Source: Anaerolineales bacterium
GTDB lineage: Bacteria > Chloroflexota > Anaerolineae > Anaerolineales > E44-bin32
Length of the DNA: 55,869 nt
Assembly (NCBI GenBank): GCA_041624375.1
Contig: JBFJVD010000002.1
Location: 1 to 55,869, forward strand
Reading direction: 5' to 3'
The notes under the pieces are model-generated. The model worked only from the letters and a program-made list of their open reading frames with translations, was not told where the DNA came from and did not search any database. Both the position numbers and the translations under genes were made by a program. Shown one piece after another: positions 27,141-36,892 of the stretch; positions within the stretch are counted from its first letter, which is position 1, and every line of letters starts with the position of its first letter.

Positions 27141-28301
27141 TCAGGCGATCGTCCCCGCTTCGACGATGGTTTCTTCGATGGTGATGCCCCGCTGCGCCAG
27201 CTCTTGAAAGAAGCGTCCCGTGGGCAAGGCCTGTTCGGGCGGCAGCACGCCGCGTCCCTCAGCTTCGCCCCCGGCGATCAGCTGGGCGCCGATTGAGAGT
27301 GGAACGCCAACGTTTTTGAAATAGGCCGCTTCATCGCCCCACGCTTCCTGGGGCGGATGGTGGCTGCGGTAGGTGCACTGCATGCGCCGTCCCCGCCGTT
27401 GGCCGCTGACCTCGACCACCAGCCCGTACCCCCAGACAGGGTTTTCTGTGGAGAAGGGGCTGTCGGCGAGCAGCGCACGGGTGGCTTCGATCGCTGGAAT
27501 CTGGGATCCGTTGATGGTGACCGGGCGGGAGGAGAGCAGCCCGGCGTGCATGAGGGCCGCCATGGTTTGCATCACGTGGGGCGGGAAGCAGCCGCGCACG
27601 GCCGCCCGCCGCAGCGAGGGATAGGAGGCCGGCAAGGTGTAAGCCTCATCGTGCGGCACGTAGTACACCCGCTGTTCGCCGATGTGCTCGTGGAAGCGGA
27701 CCGTCACCTCACCGGTCAGCGGCGGCGTGGCATGCCACGACCCCGCTTCGAAATAGACTTCCTGGCGCGCCTCTTCCTCCGGGTTGAACTCCCAGAGGGT
27801 GGTCTGGAGCAGCCCCGGAGCCGGCGCAAGGCAGCGGAAGGCGGCAAAGTAGATCTCCACGCGCTCCAGCGAATCAAGCTGCTCGGCGGCCTGGCGCACC
27901 ATCAGATTGGTGATCCCCGGCGTTGCGCCCACCCCGGGAACGAAGAGCATGCCTTTGGCCTCGGCTTCCGGGTGAAGAGCGAATTGGGCGTCGTCGCTCG
28001 AGAGGTCCAGCCCGTTGACCCCAAGCTCGACACAGACCTGGTTCACCGCCAGGTCGTAGCGGAAGGGCAGACCATTGATGACGATCTCAAAGTCGGGGAA
28101 GAGAGAACGCATGGCGTCCTCATCGTTGGCGTCGAACGCCAAGGGCTTGAGGCGTGCGTCGCCGATGTCCTGCGCCAGGCGCTCGACCGCCGCCTGGTTG
28201 TAGTCGGCGAGGACGATCTCTGAAAAATCGCTTGTCGAGGCCAGGTCGCGCGTGGTCTCCTTGCAGACGGCGCCGGCAGCGCCGAGGACGAGCGCCCTCA
28301 T
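27141..28301 (-). CDS. Saccharopine dehydrogenase-family oxidoreductase (second paralogue)
   Basis: VLGAAGAV, GVGATPGITN, PHDEAYTLP, GVLPPEQ. Confidence 0.85.
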   Translation of the reverse strand: MRALVLGAAGAVCKETTRDLASTSDFSEIVLADYNQAAVERLAQDIGDARLKPLAFDANDEDAMRSLFPDFEIVINGLPFRYDLAVNQVCVELGVNGLDLSSDDAQFALHPEAEAKGMLFVPGVGATPGITNLMVRQAAEQLDSLERVEIYFAAFRCLAPAPGLLQTTLWEFNPEEEARQEVYFEAGSWHATPPLTGEVTVRFHEHIGEQRVYYVPHDEAYTLPASYPSLRRAAVRGCFPPHVMQTMAALMHAGLLSSRPVTINGSQIPAIEATRALLADSPFSTENPVWGYGLVVEVSGQRRGRRMQCTYRSHHPPQEAWGDEAAYFKNVGVPLSIGAQLIAGGEAEGRGVLPPEQALPTGRFFQELAQRGITIEETIVEAGTIA

Positions 28302-28305
28302 ATGC

Positions 28306-29340
28306 TCACCTCATTTCGTCTTCTGCGGCCGCGCCCGCGACCGGCGCGCCAGAGGTCTGCAACCAGCGACCCAAGCCTTTGCTGAGGGCGCGGCGGTACA
28401 CGGCCGGTAGCAGGGCGGCGTACTCGCCCCAAAGGCCGAGTGCAATGTAGAGGATGACGTCTTCCGCCGATTCGCGACCGGCTCGACGCCCGGCGACCAC
28501 CTCCGGCCACTCGGCGTGCACATCGCGGCGGCCGAAGGAACCCTGCTCGGCGAGCAGCTTCAATTCCGGGATGCGCGTCTCAAGATACGACCAGCGGTCG
28601 ACGATCACCTTGTCGGCGCCGGTGATCACATCGAGCCCCAGCTCCTGGTACGAGCCCAGTTTGGCGACGAACGTCCCCGGCCCCAACCAGCTGCGCTCGA
28701 TCAGCGGCTCGTTGGCGGTGGTCACGAGCACGATCACCTGCGCCTGCGGAATGATCTCGGCGCGCGCCTCGAGCGGGGCCGCCTGGACGCGTATGCCAAG
28801 TTCGGCGCTCATCCGGGCGGCGAACGCGGCGGCGACCTGCTCGAAGGCGTCGAAGACCCAGACCTGCGAGAGGGGGAGCAGTTCCGCCAGGCCGCGCAGA
28901 TGCATCCGTCCCTGCATGCCGGCCCCAAAGATCGCCAGACGGGCAGCCTCGCGCAGCGCCAGGGACTGCGCCGTGACGGCGGTGGATGCGCCGGTTTTTA
29001 AGCCGGTGATCCAATCGGCTTCCATGATGCAGACTTGCCGGCCGCTGTGGGCATCGAAGAGGACCACAAGCGAGGTGGTGATTTGCCGGGAGATCGAAGG
29101 AAAGAAGCTGAAGGTCTTGACGAAGACCAGTGGCTCGCCTTCCAGGTGGCCGGCGAACGGCTTGATGAAGCCACCGGCGTCACCGATGGGCAGGTAGAAC
29201 TTGTCGCCGCGCACCCGGCCGGCCGCATCGGCCTGGATGCCGCGCCGCGCCAATTCGATCGCCTCGGCCATGGTCAGCGTCTGGCGAACGTCCGCCTCGG
29301 TGAGGTAGAGCAACCCGGGTGGTTCGCTCCCGTCGCTCAC
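28306..29340 (-). CDS. Ornithine cyclodeaminase/mu-crystallin family protein
   Basis: LYLTEADV, ITGLKTGAST, IFGAGMQG, GRRAGRES; GTG start after GAGGGAG. Confidence 0.85.
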   Translation of the reverse strand: MSDGSEPPGLLYLTEADVRQTLTMAEAIELARRGIQADAAGRVRGDKFYLPIGDAGGFIKPFAGHLEGEPLVFVKTFSFFPSISRQITTSLVVLFDAHSGRQVCIMEADWITGLKTGASTAVTAQSLALREAARLAIFGAGMQGRMHLRGLAELLPLSQVWVFDAFEQVAAAFAARMSAELGIRVQAAPLEARAEIIPQAQVIVLVTTANEPLIERSWLGPGTFVAKLGSYQELGLDVITGADKVIVDRWSYLETRIPELKLLAEQGSFGRRDVHAEWPEVVAGRRAGRESAEDVILYIALGLWGEYAALLPAVYRRALSKGLGRWLQTSGAPVAGAAAEDEMR

Positions 29341-29356
29341 GATTGATGCTCCCTCG

Positions 29357-30646
29357 TCAGCCGGCGGCTTGCTGTGGCGCCAGCACACTGGTCAGGCTGG
29401 CCGCGAAGGTCTCCAGGGCCTCAGCAATCTGCGCTTCATCAACGATCAGGGGAGGGATAAAGCGGATCGTGTTGTCCCAGGGGCCGCAGCTGAGGAGCAG
29501 CAGCCGGCGCTTGAAGCAAGCCTTCAGAATCACCTTCGCCGCGGCTTTGTCGGGGTTGCGCTCGGCATCGCGGATTTCGCAGCCGATCATCAGCCCGCGA
29601 CCGCGAACCTCTCCGATCATCGGATGGGCCGCTTGCAGTTGGCGGAGGCCCTCCATGAGCTGCTCGCCGCGGGCAGCGGCGTTCGCCAGCAGCCCTTCGG
29701 ATTCAATCGTTTCGATGGTGGCGACAGCGGCCGCGGCGGCCACTGCGTTGCCACCGTACGTACCTCCGTGGGTGCCGGGTGGCCAGCGCTCCATCAGCTG
29801 CCGGGAAGCGATCACCCCGGAAAGCGGCAGCCCGGAGGCCAATCCTTTGGCGATCACCAGGATGTCGGGGGTGACCTCATCGTGTTCGAAGGCGAACCAG
29901 CGGCCGGTCCGTCCGAAGCCGGACTGGACCTCATCGGCGATCAGCAGGATGCCGTGCGCATCGGCGATGGCGCGCAAGCCCTCCAGGAAGCCCGGTGGGG
30001 AGGGAACGTAGCCGCCCTCGCCGAGGATCGGTTCGATGAGCAGGGCGGCCGTCTCTTCCGGCGCGGTCTGCGTCGCAAACAGGAACTCGAGTTCCTTGAG
30101 GCACCAGCGCACGGTCTCCTCGTCGTTCCATCCGTAGCGGTAGCTGTAGGGGAAGGGAGCGACGAACACGCCGGGCATCAGCGGCTGATAGCCCGCACGG
30201 TAGATCGTCTTCGAGGTCGTCAGTGACATGGCGCCGACGGTACGGCCATGAAAACTTCCCTGGAAGACGATCACGTTGGGACGACCCGTTGCCATGCGCG
30301 CCAATTTGACGGCGCCCTCAACGGCTTCAGCGCCGGAATTGCTGAAATAGAATCCATCGAGTGAAGGTGGCAGGACCCTGCGCAAACGGTCCACGAGATC
30401 GAGCAAGGGCGGGTGCCAGGCGATGTTGGTCTGGCCGTGGATCAGCCGCGCCGCCTGCTGCTGGATCGCTTCTACCACCCGCGGATGGCAGTGGCCGGTG
30501 TTGGTCACCCCGATCCCGGACGTGAAATCGAGGTACGCCGTCCCATCTGGATCGTAGAGGTAGGCTCCCTCGCCGCGCGCAGCCACGAGATCGGTGCTGC
30601 GATACCAGACAGGCGAGAGATGGTCGAGCGAGACATGGCGCTTCAT
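29357..30646 (-). CDS. Class III aminotransferase (4-aminobutyrate/putrescine aminotransferase-like)
   Basis: LDFTSGIG, NSGAEAVE, FHGRT, DEVQSGFGRTG, AKGLASG, HGGTYGGN. Confidence 0.92.
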   Translation of the reverse strand: MKRHVSLDHLSPVWYRSTDLVAARGEGAYLYDPDGTAYLDFTSGIGVTNTGHCHPRVVEAIQQQAARLIHGQTNIAWHPPLLDLVDRLRRVLPPSLDGFYFSNSGAEAVEGAVKLARMATGRPNVIVFQGSFHGRTVGAMSLTTSKTIYRAGYQPLMPGVFVAPFPYSYRYGWNDEETVRWCLKELEFLFATQTAPEETAALLIEPILGEGGYVPSPPGFLEGLRAIADAHGILLIADEVQSGFGRTGRWFAFEHDEVTPDILVIAKGLASGLPLSGVIASRQLMERWPPGTHGGTYGGNAVAAAAAVATIETIESEGLLANAAARGEQLMEGLRQLQAAHPMIGEVRGRGLMIGCEIRDAERNPDKAAAKVILKACFKRRLLLLSCGPWDNTIRFIPPLIVDEAQIAEALETFAASLTSVLAPQQAAG

Positions 30647-32112
30647 GTGGACGACTCTCCATAGGGGTACCAGTAGTCCTTCACCCCGGCTTCGACATCC
30701 CAGTGGACATGTTTGACCTCGCGGAACTGATCGAAACCCTCCTGGCCGAGTTCGCGGGCGCCGCCGCTCATTTTCATCCCGCCGAACGGGCCGGCGAAGT
30801 TGTCGGTGAGCGGGTCGTTGATCCAGATCGTCCCGGCTTTCACCTCTTCATAGAAGCGTTTGACCAGGCGGGCGTCATGAGTCATCAGGGAGGCGCCGAG
30901 GCCGTACTCGGTGTCGTTGGCCATCTGGATGGCGTCGTCGAATTCGCGGTACGGCATGAGTGGAATCACCGGGCCGAAGGTTTCGTCGCGCATGATGCGC
31001 ATCGAGTGGTCGACGTTGATCAGGACGGTCGGCTCAAAGAAGAATCCGGTTTCAAAAGCTGGGGGTCGCCGGCCGCCGACGAGGGGTTTGGCGCCGGCCT
31101 GCACCGCCTCCTGCAGCTGGCCTTCGACCTTTTCGCGGAAGCGGTTGCGGATCATCGGGCCGATATCGGTTCCTTCATCGAGCCCATTGCCCAGCTTGAG
31201 CTTGCTGACAAAGTCGGCCAGTTCCTCGCTGAACTGCGAGAAGCGGCTTTCATGGACATAGACGCGTTCGGTGCTTGTGCAGACCTGGCCGGCGTTGAGC
31301 AGCGCAGCATAGGCAAGGCCGCTCACGGCAGTCTCGGTCTCGATGTCCTCGGCGATCACCAGCGGATCCTTGCCGCCCAGCTCGAGGTGAAGCTTCTTCA
31401 TCATCGGCGCAGCGATCGAAGCGATCCGCTGCCCGGTGGCGAGCGAGCCGGTGAAGGCGATCAGCGGGACGTCAGGGTGGCGCACCAGCGGCTCCCCGAC
31501 TTCGGGGCCGAAGCCGGTCACCACGTTGACGACCCCGGGCGGCAGGTGGTCGAAGGCGACCTCCACCGCGCGCAGGGTAGCGAGCGGAGTCAATTCGGAG
31601 GGTTTGATCACCACCGTATTCCCGGCCGCCAGCGCCGGCGCCAGCTTCCAGGCCAGCAGCAGGAGCGGGTAGTTCCAGGGAATGATGCAGGCGACCACTC
31701 CGTAGGGCTCTTTCAGCACGAAATTGATCTGGCCCGGTTCGCCCGGCGGGATCACCCGGCCGCGGTCGTGCCGGCCCAGTTCGGCGTAATAGTCGAACGT
31801 TTCGTAGGCCCACCAAACCTCTTCCTCGTTCTCCGGAACTGGCTTGCCTTCTTCCTGGGTCAGCAGTCGAACAAGTTCGTCATGGTGGGAGCGCAGTTTG
31901 GCAGCCACCTCGTGGAGCAAAGCGGCGCGCTCCGATGCAGGAACATGCTTCCAGCTGTGGAACGCTTGCCTGGCCGATTCGACCGCGGCGAGGGCGTCCG
32001 CTTCGGTCCCACGCGGCGCCGTATCGAGCATCTCCTCAGTCGCCGGGTTGATCACCGGGATGGTCTCGGCGGCCGACCCGGAGGTGAACGATCCATTGAT
32101 GTACATCTGCAT
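30643..32112 (-). CDS. Aldehyde dehydrogenase (aminoaldehyde dehydrogenase-like)
   Basis: PWNYP, FTGS, ELGGK, NAGQVC, ETFGP; close paralogue of 24308-25765. Confidence 0.95.
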   Translation of the reverse strand: MQMYINGSFTSGSAAETIPVINPATEEMLDTAPRGTEADALAAVESARQAFHSWKHVPASERAALLHEVAAKLRSHHDELVRLLTQEEGKPVPENEEEVWWAYETFDYYAELGRHDRGRVIPPGEPGQINFVLKEPYGVVACIIPWNYPLLLLAWKLAPALAAGNTVVIKPSELTPLATLRAVEVAFDHLPPGVVNVVTGFGPEVGEPLVRHPDVPLIAFTGSLATGQRIASIAAPMMKKLHLELGGKDPLVIAEDIETETAVSGLAYAALLNAGQVCTSTERVYVHESRFSQFSEELADFVSKLKLGNGLDEGTDIGPMIRNRFREKVEGQLQEAVQAGAKPLVGGRRPPAFETGFFFEPTVLINVDHSMRIMRDETFGPVIPLMPYREFDDAIQMANDTEYGLGASLMTHDARLVKRFYEEVKAGTIWINDPLTDNFAGPFGGMKMSGGARELGQEGFDQFREVKHVHWDVEAGVKDYWYPYGESST

Positions 32113-32129
32113 GCGTGTGCCCTCGGGTG

Positions 32130-32170
32130 GGGGGACGCGGCGCCGCGGAGCGCGCCGCGCCGCGTCCCCC
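32130..32170 (-). terminator. GC-rich stem-loop after potD
   Basis: GGGGGACGCGGCGC / GCGCCGCGTCCCCC inverted repeat immediately after the SBP stop; no U-tract, likely an mRNA stabiliser. Confidence 0.55.
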
Positions 32171-32177
32171 GTGCTGG

Positions 32178-33278
32178 TTACGGAACAGGGGCGGATTTCA
32201 CCTCGTCAAAGAGGCGTTGGTAGACGGCCTCGAACTCGCCGACCGGTTCGATGTACTGGAGACGTGCGAGCACATCCGGCGGCGGGTAGACCGCCGGATC
32301 GGAGAGGAACTCCTCACCGAGGATCTCTTCTGCTGCCGCGTTCGGGCTGGCGTAGTAGTTCCAGTCGGAGAGCATCGCGCCGACTTCCGCATCGAGCAGG
32401 AAGTTGATGAACATCTCGCCGGCCAGCTTCTGCTCCGGGGTGGCCGTGTTCGGGATGCAGATGTTGTCCACCCAGATCACCCCACCTTCTTCGGGGATGG
32501 TGTAGGCCAGGTTCTCGTTGTCCTCGAGCACAAAGAGGAAGTCGCCGTTCCATCCATGCGCCAGCAGGTTTTCGCCGGCGGCCACCAGGTCTTCGTAGTT
32601 GTCGCTGTCGTAGCCGGCGAGCCCGGCCTTGGCCTGGATGAGCAGCTGCTTGGCCTCTTCGAGCTGGGCCTCGTCGGTGGAGTTGATGTCGTAGCCGAGG
32701 TACACGAGCGCGGCGGCAAACGACTCGCGGACGTCATCGAGCATGGTGTAGCGCCCGAAGTAGTCGGCGGCTGGATCCGGCTCGAAGATCACCGCCCACG
32801 ACGTAGGCTCCTCCATCTGATCGGAGAGGTAGCCGATGCCGGTGGTCCCCCACTGGTAGGGGACGCAGTATTCGTTGCCGGGGTCATACGGCAGCGTGCG
32901 GAAGCGTTCGGACAGGTTCGCCAGGTTGGGGAGGTTGTCGTGATCCAGCGCGGCCAGCATGCCCTCTTCCTTCATGATGCTGACGGTGTAATCGGAGGGC
33001 ACGATCAGCGCGTAGCCGGTGGCGCCTCCCTGCAGCTTGGCCAACATCTCCTCGTTGCTGGAGAAGTTGTCTTCGACGACGGTGATGCCGGATTCTTCTT
33101 CGAACATCGTATAGATTTCGGGGTCGAGATACTCCGACCAGTTGAAGATCACGATCTCGCTGGCCGGTTCGACCACCGCCGGCGGCGCTTCCGTCGGCTG
33201 TCCCCCGCAGGCCGCGAGCACAAGCCCAAAGACGAGGAGCGACGAGAGGGCAAACCACCAGGTGCGAGTACGGGACAT
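32178..33278 (-). CDS. potD: Spermidine/putrescine ABC transporter substrate-binding lipoprotein
   Basis: Lipobox LAAC; FNWSEYLDP, SSNEEMLAKL, PSDY, PYQWGTTGI, WNGD, WVDN. Confidence 0.93.
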   Translation of the reverse strand: MSRTRTWWFALSSLLVFGLVLAACGGQPTEAPPAVVEPASEIVIFNWSEYLDPEIYTMFEEESGITVVEDNFSSNEEMLAKLQGGATGYALIVPSDYTVSIMKEEGMLAALDHDNLPNLANLSERFRTLPYDPGNEYCVPYQWGTTGIGYLSDQMEEPTSWAVIFEPDPAADYFGRYTMLDDVRESFAAALVYLGYDINSTDEAQLEEAKQLLIQAKAGLAGYDSDNYEDLVAAGENLLAHGWNGDFLFVLEDNENLAYTIPEEGGVIWVDNICIPNTATPEQKLAGEMFINFLLDAEVGAMLSDWNYYASPNAAAEEILGEEFLSDPAVYPPPDVLARLQYIEPVGEFEAVYQRLFDEVKSAPVP

Positions 33279-33311
33279 CGATCTCCTCCTTACGTGAGAT
33301 GGATTTGGGGA

Positions 33312-34247
33312 TCAGAGGCTGAAGTCGATCTTCGAATCGTCACCTCCTCTGCGAAACACGATCGAAATCACCACCAGCAGGAGCGAGGCGGCGAGCATGA
33401 CGGTGGACACTGCGTTGATTTTCGGCGTCACGCCGCGCTTGATCATCCCGAACACGCGCACCGGCAGCGTGTTGAAACCGGCGCCGCTGGTGAAGAAGGT
33501 GATCACGAAATCATCGAGCGACAGGGTGAAAGCCAGCAGCGCCCCGCCGAGGATGCCCGGCATCATGAGCGGGAGGGTGACCCGGCGGAACGTCTTCCAG
33601 GCATTGGCATACAGGTCCTGGGCCGCCTCCTCCAGGCTGCGGTCCATATTCGCCAGCCGGGCGCGCACGACGACGGCGACGAAGGAGATGTTGAAGGCCA
33701 CATGGCCGATGATCACCGAGAACGGGACCGCCAGCCGCACCCCGAACAGGCTCAGGCGCCAGGGCTCGAAACCGATCCCGCTCAAGTTGAAGAAGATGAG
33801 CAGCATGATCGCCATCGCGATGTCGGGGATGACGATCGGCAGGTAGAGCACGGCGTCCATGCCCAGCTTGCCGACGAAGTCGTAGCGCTCCATCGCCATC
33901 GCCGCCAGCGTTCCGAGGATGGTGGAAATCACCGTCGAGACGATCGCGACGAACAGGCTGTTCCACAGTGCCAGGATGATCTGCTGGTCGCCGGCCATCT
34001 CGGCGTACCAGCTGAGGCTGAAGCCGGTCCACTGCGCCGTGGATCGGGAGGCGTTAAACGAGAAGAAGACCAGGATCAGGATCGGAAGATAAAAGAAGAG
34101 GTAGCCCAGGAGGCCGTATCCGCCGAGCGCCAGTTCACCGAGCGCGGCGCGCAGGCGGAACCATGGGTTCGAGCCAGGCTGCTGCCGGGCCTGCCGTCCC
34201 ATGCGCGCCGGGGAAAGGTCCCGCACCTGACTCTGCGGCGCGGTCAT
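33312..34247 (-). CDS. potC: Polyamine ABC transporter permease
   Basis: YLPILIL..FSFN, EAA motif LEEAAQDLYA, FTLSLDDF. Confidence 0.92.
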   Translation of the reverse strand: MTAPQSQVRDLSPARMGRQARQQPGSNPWFRLRAALGELALGGYGLLGYLFFYLPILILVFFSFNASRSTAQWTGFSLSWYAEMAGDQQIILALWNSLFVAIVSTVISTILGTLAAMAMERYDFVGKLGMDAVLYLPIVIPDIAMAIMLLIFFNLSGIGFEPWRLSLFGVRLAVPFSVIIGHVAFNISFVAVVVRARLANMDRSLEEAAQDLYANAWKTFRRVTLPLMMPGILGGALLAFTLSLDDFVITFFTSGAGFNTLPVRVFGMIKRGVTPKINAVSTVMLAASLLLVVISIVFRRGGDDSKIDFSL

Positions 34248-35110
34248 CGCGGCGTGCCCGTTCGAATGGCGGTGCGGAAGTAGATCAGGGTGGCGAGCAA
34301 CATCAGCACCATCATCACCGTCGAGAGCGCCGATCCGAACGGCCAGTCATGCGCTGCAAGGAACTGGTTGCTGATGATATTGCCGATCATCAGCGACTTT
34401 CCGCCGCCCAGGATGGCCGGCGTGATGAAGGCGCCCAGCGCGGGGATGAACACCAGCATCGACCCGGCGACAACCCCGGGGATTGAGAGTGGCCAGACGA
34501 CCCGCGTGAAGACGCGGAAGCCGGAGGCATACAGGTCGGCCGCCGCTTCGAGCAGACTGCGGTCGATGCGCTCAAGGGCGGCGTAGATGGGCAGCACCAT
34601 CACCGGCATCCAGCCATAGACCAGCCCGAGGATGATGGCGAAGTCGTTGCCGAAGAGCGGCAGAGGCTCGTCGATCAGGCCAAGGGACATCAGGGAAACG
34701 TTGACCAGGCCGGTGTTCGTGCGCAGGATGGTGAGCCAGGCGTAGGTGCGAATCAGGAAATTGGTCCAGAACGGGATCATTAACCCCAGCAAGAGCAAGT
34801 TCCTGTGCCGGCGGGAGCGGGTGGCGATGAAATAGGCCAGCGGGAAGCCAAACAGCAGACTCAAGACTGTGGTTGCCACGGCGATATAGGTCGAGCGGAA
34901 GAGGGTGTTCAGGTAGAGGCTGTCGACCACCCGCTGGAAGTTCCCGAAAGTGAAATTCCAGATCACGCCGCCGTAGGTGCCGCGCTCCAAGAAGCTGTAT
35001 ACGAGAACGACCACCAGCGGCGCCAGAAAGAAGACCAGCAGCCAGGCGGCCGCCGGGCTCAGCAGCAGCCAGGCACGGAAGGAAGGGGAACGGCGCCAGC
35101 GCTCTTGCAT
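34244..35110 (-). CDS. potB: Polyamine ABC transporter permease
   Basis: IPFWTNFLIRTYAW, LLEAAADLYA, WPFGSAL. Confidence 0.92.
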   Translation of the reverse strand: MQERWRRSPSFRAWLLLSPAAAWLLVFFLAPLVVVLVYSFLERGTYGGVIWNFTFGNFQRVVDSLYLNTLFRSTYIAVATTVLSLLFGFPLAYFIATRSRRHRNLLLLGLMIPFWTNFLIRTYAWLTILRTNTGLVNVSLMSLGLIDEPLPLFGNDFAIILGLVYGWMPVMVLPIYAALERIDRSLLEAAADLYASGFRVFTRVVWPLSIPGVVAGSMLVFIPALGAFITPAILGGGKSLMIGNIISNQFLAAHDWPFGSALSTVMMVLMLLATLIYFRTAIRTGTPR

Positions 35111-35128
35111 ATTCGGATCTCCCAGCGC

Positions 35129-36226
35129 TCAGTCGATCAGCACGCGCGCGTGCTGTGGATCCCACATAACGGCAACGGCGTCCCCGACCGCATGGCGCTG
35201 GACGCCGTCGCCGACGTTTTGCATTCGCACCGCCAGCGTGGCCCCACCAGCGGCCTCGATGACGTAGCGGGTGTCGGTCCCGAGATACATGGCCTGCGTG
35301 ATCGTGCCGGCCAGCCGGGCCAGTTCCGCTCCGGTTCCACCATCATCGACCCCCTGCAGGCCGATCCGTTCAGGACGGATGGAGACGGTGACTTCGGCGC
35401 CGACCGTTGTCCCTTCCTCCGCCCAGCCGCAGAGGACCGAGGCGCCACCATCGAGCGCGACCTCCACCGGCGGACCCAGTGGGGCGACACGCCCAGGGAT
35501 GAAATTGGTCTCGCCGATGAAGTCGGCGACGAAACGGTTCGCCGGGTGCTCGTAGATGCCTTCGGGCGCGCCCATCTGCAGGACCCGGCCGCGGCGGATC
35601 ACCGCGATCCGATCGGACATCGTCAGCGCTTCCTCCTGGTCGTGGGTGACATAGATGAACGTGATGCCCACCCGGTGCTGAAGCGCTTTCAGCTCGATCT
35701 GCATCGCCTTACGCAGCTTCAAGTCCAGGGCGCCGAGCGGCTCGTCGAGCAAGAGCACCTTGGGTTGATTGACCAACGCTCGTGCCAGCGCCACCCGCTG
35801 CTGCTGCCCACCGGAGAGCTGATCGGGCCGCCGGTGCACCATGCCGGGCAGTTGAACCAGCTCGAGGGCCTCGTGCACACGGCTTTTCGTTTCCTTGTCC
35901 GGGACACCGCGCATCTCGAGGCCAAACGCGACGTTGTCGTAGACGCTCATGTGTGGAAAGAGCGCGTAATGCTGGAAGACGGTGTTCACTGGGCGCTGAA
36001 AGGCCGGCCGATAGCCCTGCAGCTCGCCACCGATGAGGATCTGGCCCGAGGTCGGCATCTCGAAGCCGGCGATCAACCGCAGCGTGGTTGTCTTGCCGCA
36101 GCCGCTGGGTCCCAGCAGGGAGAAGAATTCGCCGTCCCGAATCTGCAGGGAGATGTGGTCCACGGCGGTCACATCGCCGAAGCGCTTTACAACCTCCTGA
36201 AGCTCGACTGCGAACCCATCGCTCAT
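35129..36226 (-). CDS. potA: Polyamine ABC transporter ATP-binding protein
   Basis: GPSGCGKT, FQHYALFPH, LSGGQQQR, LLLDEP, C-terminal TOBE-like region. Confidence 0.95.
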   Translation of the reverse strand: MSDGFAVELQEVVKRFGDVTAVDHISLQIRDGEFFSLLGPSGCGKTTTLRLIAGFEMPTSGQILIGGELQGYRPAFQRPVNTVFQHYALFPHMSVYDNVAFGLEMRGVPDKETKSRVHEALELVQLPGMVHRRPDQLSGGQQQRVALARALVNQPKVLLLDEPLGALDLKLRKAMQIELKALQHRVGITFIYVTHDQEEALTMSDRIAVIRRGRVLQMGAPEGIYEHPANRFVADFIGETNFIPGRVAPLGPPVEVALDGGASVLCGWAEEGTTVGAEVTVSIRPERIGLQGVDDGGTGAELARLAGTITQAMYLGTDTRYVIEAAGGATLAVRMQNVGDGVQRHAVGDAVAVMWDPQHARVLID

Positions 36227-36243
36227 GCGACTCTCCCCGCGCG

Positions 36244-36753
36244 TCAGTCCATCGAGGGGTGATCGACCCGGGATTCCTGCTCCTGTTCGGAGGGCAAGGA
36301 GAACATCGGCCGCGCGCCGTAGGCCATTTTGAAGGTGTCAAGGATGAGGAACGTCTGTGTCCGCTGAATACCGGGGAGTTTGCGCAGGCGCTCGTTGAGG
36401 AATGAGGTCAGGTGGGCGCGATCCCGGCACATCACCTCCACCATCAGGTCGTATTCGCCCGACACTAGGATCAGGTAGCTGACTTCCGGGAAGCCGGCGA
36501 TCGCCGCCGCCACCTGATCAAGTTCGGAGGGTTTGGCGGACACGCCGATCATCGCCGGCGCATCGAATCCCAGTTCGTACGGGTTGACCAGCCCGACGAT
36601 GTGGACCACCTGGTCCTCCACCAGGCGCGCCACCCGGTTGCGGACCGTCCCTTCCGAAACGCCCACTCTTTGGGCGATTTCCGTGAACGGCCTGCGCCCA
36701 TCGCGCTGGAGTATAGCGAGGATCGAGGTATCGAGCTGATCAAGATCGGGCAT
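36244..36753 (-). CDS. Lrp/AsnC family transcriptional regulator
   Basis: LDQLDTSILAILQRDGRRPFTEIAQRVGVSEGTVRNRV HTH; SGEYDL in the RAM domain. Confidence 0.93.
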   Translation of the reverse strand: MPDLDQLDTSILAILQRDGRRPFTEIAQRVGVSEGTVRNRVARLVEDQVVHIVGLVNPYELGFDAPAMIGVSAKPSELDQVAAAIAGFPEVSYLILVSGEYDLMVEVMCRDRAHLTSFLNERLRKLPGIQRTQTFLILDTFKMAYGARPMFSLPSEQEQESRVDHPSMD

Positions 36754-36764
36754 GAAATGCGAAT

Positions 36765-36810
36765 TTCGTAGAATTATGGCTATTCTAGCGTGAAATTCGT
36801 AGATTTTCAA
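36765..36810 (-). promoter_or_regulatory. Sigma70 promoter of the Lrp-pot operon with a repeated operator
   Basis: Minus strand TTGAAA, 17 bp, TAGAAT; TCTACGAA direct repeats 31 bp apart (36765-36772, 36796-36803). Confidence 0.7.
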
Positions 36811-36892
36811 GCGTTTCAGGGCCGAAAACGTACAGCCAGGGCGAATCAGGCTTCGTGTCGCGCCATTCGCTGGAAGTTTGCAGCCGCCGCGC

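Noticed and set aside
32115-34283. 722-aa + strand ORF (and similar long antisense ORFs at 30703, 34805, 50489, 53953)
   Set aside because: Shadow frames opposite well-supported genes.
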